From positions 1,149,031 to 1,213,030 of the forward strand of contig CAWFGE010000013.1 of NCBI GenBank assembly GCA_963815195.1: a DNA stretch of 64,000 bases. The letters run 5' to 3'. Below the pieces are notes generated by a model. That model had not been told where the DNA came from, made no database searches, and worked only from the letters and a program-made list of their open reading frames with translations. The DNA is from an uncultured Planctomycetaceae bacterium. GTDB taxonomy: Bacteria > Planctomycetota > Planctomycetia > Planctomycetales > Planctomycetaceae. Of the stretch, positions 59,571-64,000 are shown one piece after another; the first letter of the stretch is position 1; each line of letters starts with the position of its first letter. A program made the position numbers and the translations under genes.

Positions 59571-60173
59571 TCACTCCGCACCTTTGACTTTCCATACTGG
59601 AGGTCGAACCGGTCCGGCAGCTTCGCTGTATGCCCCTTCACCCAGGCAATACAGATCCTGTCTGCCATACCCGGCTTTGTCGAGAAGCTGACCGATAAAG
59701 GCCCGTGAATCGGCGATGACCTCCGCCGCCCGTGTTTCGTTCATGCAATGTTGTAGCCAGTCTGGAAGCCTTTGCTCCCCAATCTCCTGGCCATCGTCAA
59801 GGTAACATTGTTCACCAATCCAGGTTTTTCCGTGGGCGAGCTTGTCCCGGACTTCAAACGCCTCCTTCACGGTTTTGGCTGGGCGACTGGTGAAGTCCAA
59901 CCGCATCCCATTTTCCGTCGCCAGGATTTCCAATTTCTTTTTCCAAGGCTTCCTTTCTTTCTTCTCCAGCCACTCTGGATCGTGGTCGATTCCGACATGA
60001 TTGACCGCAGCTTCAACTGCAAATGCCGAAAACGTCACCGCTGTGATGTAGTGGTAGTTCCTTCCGGGCAATTCTTGTCTAGCTGCGTTTAAGGCGGTAT
60101 CAGCAGCAATCAGCAAGTAGCAAAAAGGATAAAATTCCGTCCACCCTTCCATAATGGCTGGCCTTCGGTTCAT
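59571..60173 (-). CDS. Hypothetical protein, putative HEPN-fold
   Basis: GGAGGA RBS; FAVEAAVN helix and RDKLAH (Rx4H) motif. Confidence 0.6.
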   Translation of the reverse strand: MNRRPAIMEGWTEFYPFCYLLIAADTALNAARQELPGRNYHYITAVTFSAFAVEAAVNHVGIDHDPEWLEKKERKPWKKKLEILATENGMRLDFTSRPAKTVKEAFEVRDKLAHGKTWIGEQCYLDDGQEIGEQRLPDWLQHCMNETRAAEVIADSRAFIGQLLDKAGYGRQDLYCLGEGAYSEAAGPVRPPVWKVKGAE

Positions 60174-60198
60174 TGGTCAATCCTCCTACTCATTGGCA

Positions 60199-60300
60199 TG
60201 TCACCGGGCACTTTAAAACCGGCCAGGGGTGGGCACTTCAAAACCGACAGGGGTGTAAATGATTAGTGCCGCAACTTTGTCGCACAGTTTTTCTGTCGGT
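60199..60300 (+). mobile_element. IS21-family-like terminal remnant
   Basis: TGTCACC followed by two ~25-bp repeats GGGCACTT(T/C)AAAACCG(G/A)C..AGGGGT; cut off by IS3 copy 2. Confidence 0.6.
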
Positions 60301-61674
60301 TGAGGTGGACCCCATTCTTTGGACAGCAAACGGGGTTGTTTAGTGGTGTGAGTCAGCGGCAGACGAGGCCCCTCATAGGCCTCGTCGTCTGCCGCCGATG
60401 ACAAGGGGCCCGGGACGAGACCTCACCAGTTCCCTCCCGGTTTTGCGCGAAACTTGTTTTCATTTTTCGTCCATCACTTTGTGCAGGCTTCAATCTTTTC
60501 CTTCGTAGATCATCGCCGGCGTTTGATAACCCAGCGACTGATGAATCCGTTCCTCACAATAGAACTCAAAGTAACTCTGCAGGCTTCTCTCGGCCTCCCA
60601 ACCATCCGTGTAATCCTTCAAGTAAACCTCTTCGTATTTCACGCTCCGCCACAGCCGCTCGATGAATACGTTGTCCAAGCACCGTCCTTTTCCATCCATA
60701 CTGATCGCGACATTCAATCGTTCCAATCGCTCGGTGAACTTGATCGCCGTGAATTGGCTGCCCTGGTCGCTGTTGAAGACCTCCGGCCGCGAGATCGACA
60801 AGGCTTCGTCCAACGCCTCCAAGCAAAAACTCCCCTCCAACGTGTTCGACAATCGCCAACTCAACACGTAGCGACTGAACCAGTCCATCACTGCCACGAG
60901 ATACAAAAACCCGTGGCGAAGCGGGATGTAAGTGATGTCGCTCGACCACACCTGGTTGGGCCGGAGAACCTCCACATTCCGCAGTAAATAAGGGTAAATC
61001 TTGTGTCCGCGCCCCGGTTTGGTCGTGCGGCGTTTCGGTCCAACCGCTTCGATTCCCATCTGCCGCATCAGCCGCTGCACTCGCTTGCGATTCACGCCGA
61101 ACAACTCGGCCATCTTGCGAGAACCATAAAACGGATGCCGCGTGTATTCCTCGTCGATTCGCCGCATCAGTTCCAAATTTTCCGCGGTCTCGCCGCCAGG
61201 TTCGTAGTACCAACTGCTCCGCGCCAATCCCAACAGATCGCACTGACGCGACACGCTCAACGTGGAATGCTTCGGTTCGATCCATGCCCGCAAAACCTCG
61301 TGGCTTAATCCAGCGTCAGCGACTTTTTTTTGAGCCACTCGACTTCCATTTTCAGCCGGCCGATTTGTTCATAGAGTTCTTGCTCATTGGCCGATTGATC
61401 GTCGGATCGCTTACGTCGGCCATCCGTGAACAACTCAGTGGCTCCCGACAACAACTGCTTTTTCCAAGCCGTGACTTGGCTCGTGTGGACGCCAAATTCC
61501 GACGCCAACTGAGCCGTCGTCCTATCCCCTTTGACCGCCGCCAACGCCACCTTGGCTTTGAACGCGGACCCCAAAACTCGACGCTTCCTGGTCATAATCG
61601 GAACCTCCCAATGCGACAAATGAACATCGCAAATTCTACCTTATTGGGCTGTCCAGTTTTCGGGGTCCACCACA
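60301..61674 (-). mobile_element. IS3-family insertion sequence, copy 2 (1374 bp)
   Basis: Same IRs and identical translations to copy 1; no flanking direct repeat. Confidence 0.95.
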
Positions 61675-61821
61675 CAACGCGCGGGTGCCACTCAACGCCG
61701 GTAACGATTTTAAGTCTATAATTTCAGGGCATTTAACGTTTCGTTTCCAAACCGACGTGCTAAACGACCTATGAAAGCCAAATATCCCTTTTTTTAGGGG
61801 ACGAAAATCGTTACCGGCGTT

Positions 61822-61978
61822 GGGTGCCACTGGCAACTTGTTGCCAGTGCTTTCAATCGGCATGGAATAGGGACACGTTTCAAAACCTGGAATGGCTATT
61901 CCGCTTCGCACTGGCAGGCAAGCTGCCAGTGGCACCCGGCGGAGGACATGCTCATGCAAAGCCATGAGCATGCCACCC
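61822..61978. repeat. Cluster of REP-like palindromes
   Basis: GGGTGCCACTGGCAACTTGTTGCCAGTGC ... GCACTGGCAGGCAAGCTGCCAGTGGCACCC; CATGCTCATGCAAAGCCATGAGCATG. Confidence 0.75.
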
Positions 61979-61979
61979 C

Positions 61980-62039
61980 GCCGCACGCACGGTTCGGAGG
62001 GAGGAGGGACCGAACTCAATTGGTCCTTCCTACACCTAT
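61980..62039 (+). mobile_element. Group II intron 3' remnant (half of domain V plus domain VI)
   Basis: CCGCACGCACGGTTCGGAGGGAGG, then hairpin AGGGACCGA-ACTCAA-TTGGTCCTT, then CCTACACCTAT (AY end). Confidence 0.65.
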
Positions 62040-62061
62040 CGAGGCTCAATGACTCCCCATT

Positions 62062-62630
62062 TTAAAGTCCGTTTTGAAACCGACGAAATAATTCGCTGAA
62101 TTTCGTAGTCTCCACTTCGGCAAGTTCGTTTCCGTGACGTTCATAGTATTTTCCGTCAAAATGCGACGGGTCCGCTTGCGATTTAGCCTCAAAAATAAAG
62201 ACCGATTTTTCAAAGTATCGAATCTGTTTTAGATTTCTAGAAACATATTCGCGCAAGGGGTTGGACAATTGGGAGCGTTTGACCTTCTCATTTATTTGCT
62301 GAAACAGTTGGTCGAGGTTCTTATTCAATGCAGTTGCTTCATGCGCAACGCCGGTGATATGGAAGTTTTCATACTTTCTGGATTTTACTGAATATAATTC
62401 TTCCACACGTCGTGCGTCTTCGACGGAATCAGCCACGCCAACTAAAACATAACCTTTCACGCCCCGTCTGATATTCGCGATTCCTACTAATGTTTTGAGA
62501 ATCTTTTCAAACGATTGTTCGTCGAATTTCTTGGACGTGTCCAATCGTAGAAACCCTTGCTTAAAGTCGTAAGCAGACTGCTCAGTGTAGGATTGATGAA
62601 GTATGTTCTCGAACTGGGTAATCCAGCGAT
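62062..62630 (-). pseudogene. 3' part of an AT-rich gene with a Schlafen/AlbA_2-like domain, interrupted by IS3 copy 3
   Basis: EQSAYDFKQG, KTLVGIAN, GYVLVGVAD, YYERHGN; frame is open up to the IS end. Confidence 0.7.
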
Positions 62631-64000
62631 TGTGGTGGACCCCGAAAACTGGACAGCCCAATAAGGTAGAATTTGCGATGTTCATTTGTCGCATTGGGAG
62701 GTTCCGATTATGACCAGGAAGCGTCGAGTTTTGGGGTCCGCGTTCAAAGCCAAGGTGGCGTTGGCGGCGGTCAAAGGGGATAGGACGACGGCTCAGTTGG
62801 CGTCGGAATTTGGCGTCCACACGAGCCAAGTCACGGCTTGGAAAAAGCAGTTGTTGTCGGGAGCCACTGAGTTGTTCACGGATGGCCGACGTAAGCGATC
62901 CGACGATCAATCGGCCAATGAGCAAGAACTCTATGAACAAATCGGCCGGCTGAAAATGGAAGTCGAGTGGCTCAAAAAAAAGTCGCTGACGCTGGATTAA
63001 GCCACGAGGTTTTGCGGGCATGGATCGAACCGAAGCATTCCACGTTGAGCGTGTCGCGTCAGTGCGATCTGTTGGGATTGGCGCGGAGCAGTTGGTACTA
63101 CGAACCTGGCGGCGAGACCGCGGAAAATTTGGAACTGATGCGGCGAATCGACGAGGAATACACGCGGCATCCGTTTTATGGTTCTCGCAAGATGGCCGAG
63201 TTGTTCGGCGTGAATCGCAAGCGAGTGCAGCGGCTGATGCGGCAGATGGGAATCGAAGCGGTTGGACCGAAACGCCGCACGACCAAACCGGGGCGCGGAC
63301 ACAAGATTTACCCTTATTTACTGCGGAATGTGGAGGTTCTCCGGCCCAACCAGGTGTGGTCGAGCGACATCACTTACATCCCGCTTCGCCACGGGTTTTT
63401 GTATCTCGTGGCAGTGATGGACTGGTTCAGTCGCTACGTGTTGAGTTGGCGATTGTCGAACACGTTGGAGGGGAGTTTTTGCTTGGAGGCGTTGGACGAA
63501 GCCTTGTCGATCTCGCGGCCGGAGGTCTTCAACAGCGACCAGGGCAGCCAATTCACGGCGATCAAGTTCACCGAGCGATTGGAACGATTGAATGTCGCGA
63601 TCAGTATGGATGGAAAAGGACGGTGCTTGGACAACGTATTCATCGAGCGGCTGTGGCGGAGCGTGAAATACGAAGAGGTTTACTTGAAGGATTACACGGA
63701 TGGTTGGGAGGCCGAGAGAAGCCTGCAGAGTTACTTTGAGTTCTATTGTGAGGAACGGATTCATCAGTCGCTGGGTTATCAAACGCCGGCGATGATCTAC
63801 GAAGGAAAAGATTGAAGCCTGCACAAAGTGATGGACGAAAAATGAAAACAAGTTTCGCGCAAAACCGGGAGGGAACTGGTGAGGTCTCGTCCCGGGCCCC
63901 TTGTCATCGGCGGCAGACGACGAGGCCTATGAGGGGCCTCGTCTGCCGCTGACTCACACCACTAAACAACCCCGTTTGCTGTCCAAAGAATGGGGTCCAC
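62631..64000 (+). mobile_element. IS3-family insertion sequence, copy 3 (last ~4 bp beyond the window)
   Basis: IRL at 62631; OrfA/OrfB translations identical to copy 1; IRR reaches the window end. Confidence 0.95.

Noticed and set aside
57544..62039. One intact, functional group II intron
   Set aside because: The RT ORF is lost after ~16 codons, domain V is incomplete, and the two fragments may belong to different intron classes.
62631..63021. N-terminal part of the 319-aa ORF 62062-63021
   Set aside because: It is the antisense of the IS left end read through into the disrupted gene, not a native fusion.

Overview
GC-rich planctomycete chromosome segment: the 16S gene carries the EUB338-II (Planctomycetales) target site, and two DUF1559 genes and planctomycete-style intergenic palindromes are present. 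Most of 1-56 kb is housekeeping and metabolic genes (BlaI/BlaR1, cfa, asnB, glgX, dgoD, hom, UbiD, 2-oxoacid:ferredoxin oxidoreductase, pyrB/pyrC, P450, cyclase plus phosphodiesterase). About 11 single-base frameshifts suggest an unpolished long-read assembly. The most interesting element is an apparently complete but effector-less retron at 31348-33197 (minus strand). It has a 530-aa retron-type RT with a long N-terminal extension resembling myxobacterial retron RTs. Its upstream ncRNA is readable by eye: a1/a2 inverted repeats, a candidate branching G, an msr stem-loop and a 22-bp perfect msd hairpin. A 234-bp-period tandem duplication of a palindromic element lies just downstream of the RT. 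The right end (43.8-64 kb) is a decaying mobile/defence region. It holds three copies of a 1374-bp IS3-family element, two of which disrupt defence-like genes (GmrSD/DUF262 and a Schlafen-AlbA-like gene), and a stand-alone 16S rRNA gene whose terminator was hit by a now-truncated class-C-type group II intron. It also holds a second intron remnant, an IS21-type end and a putative HEPN protein. All product calls come from motif recognition by eye, without database searches.
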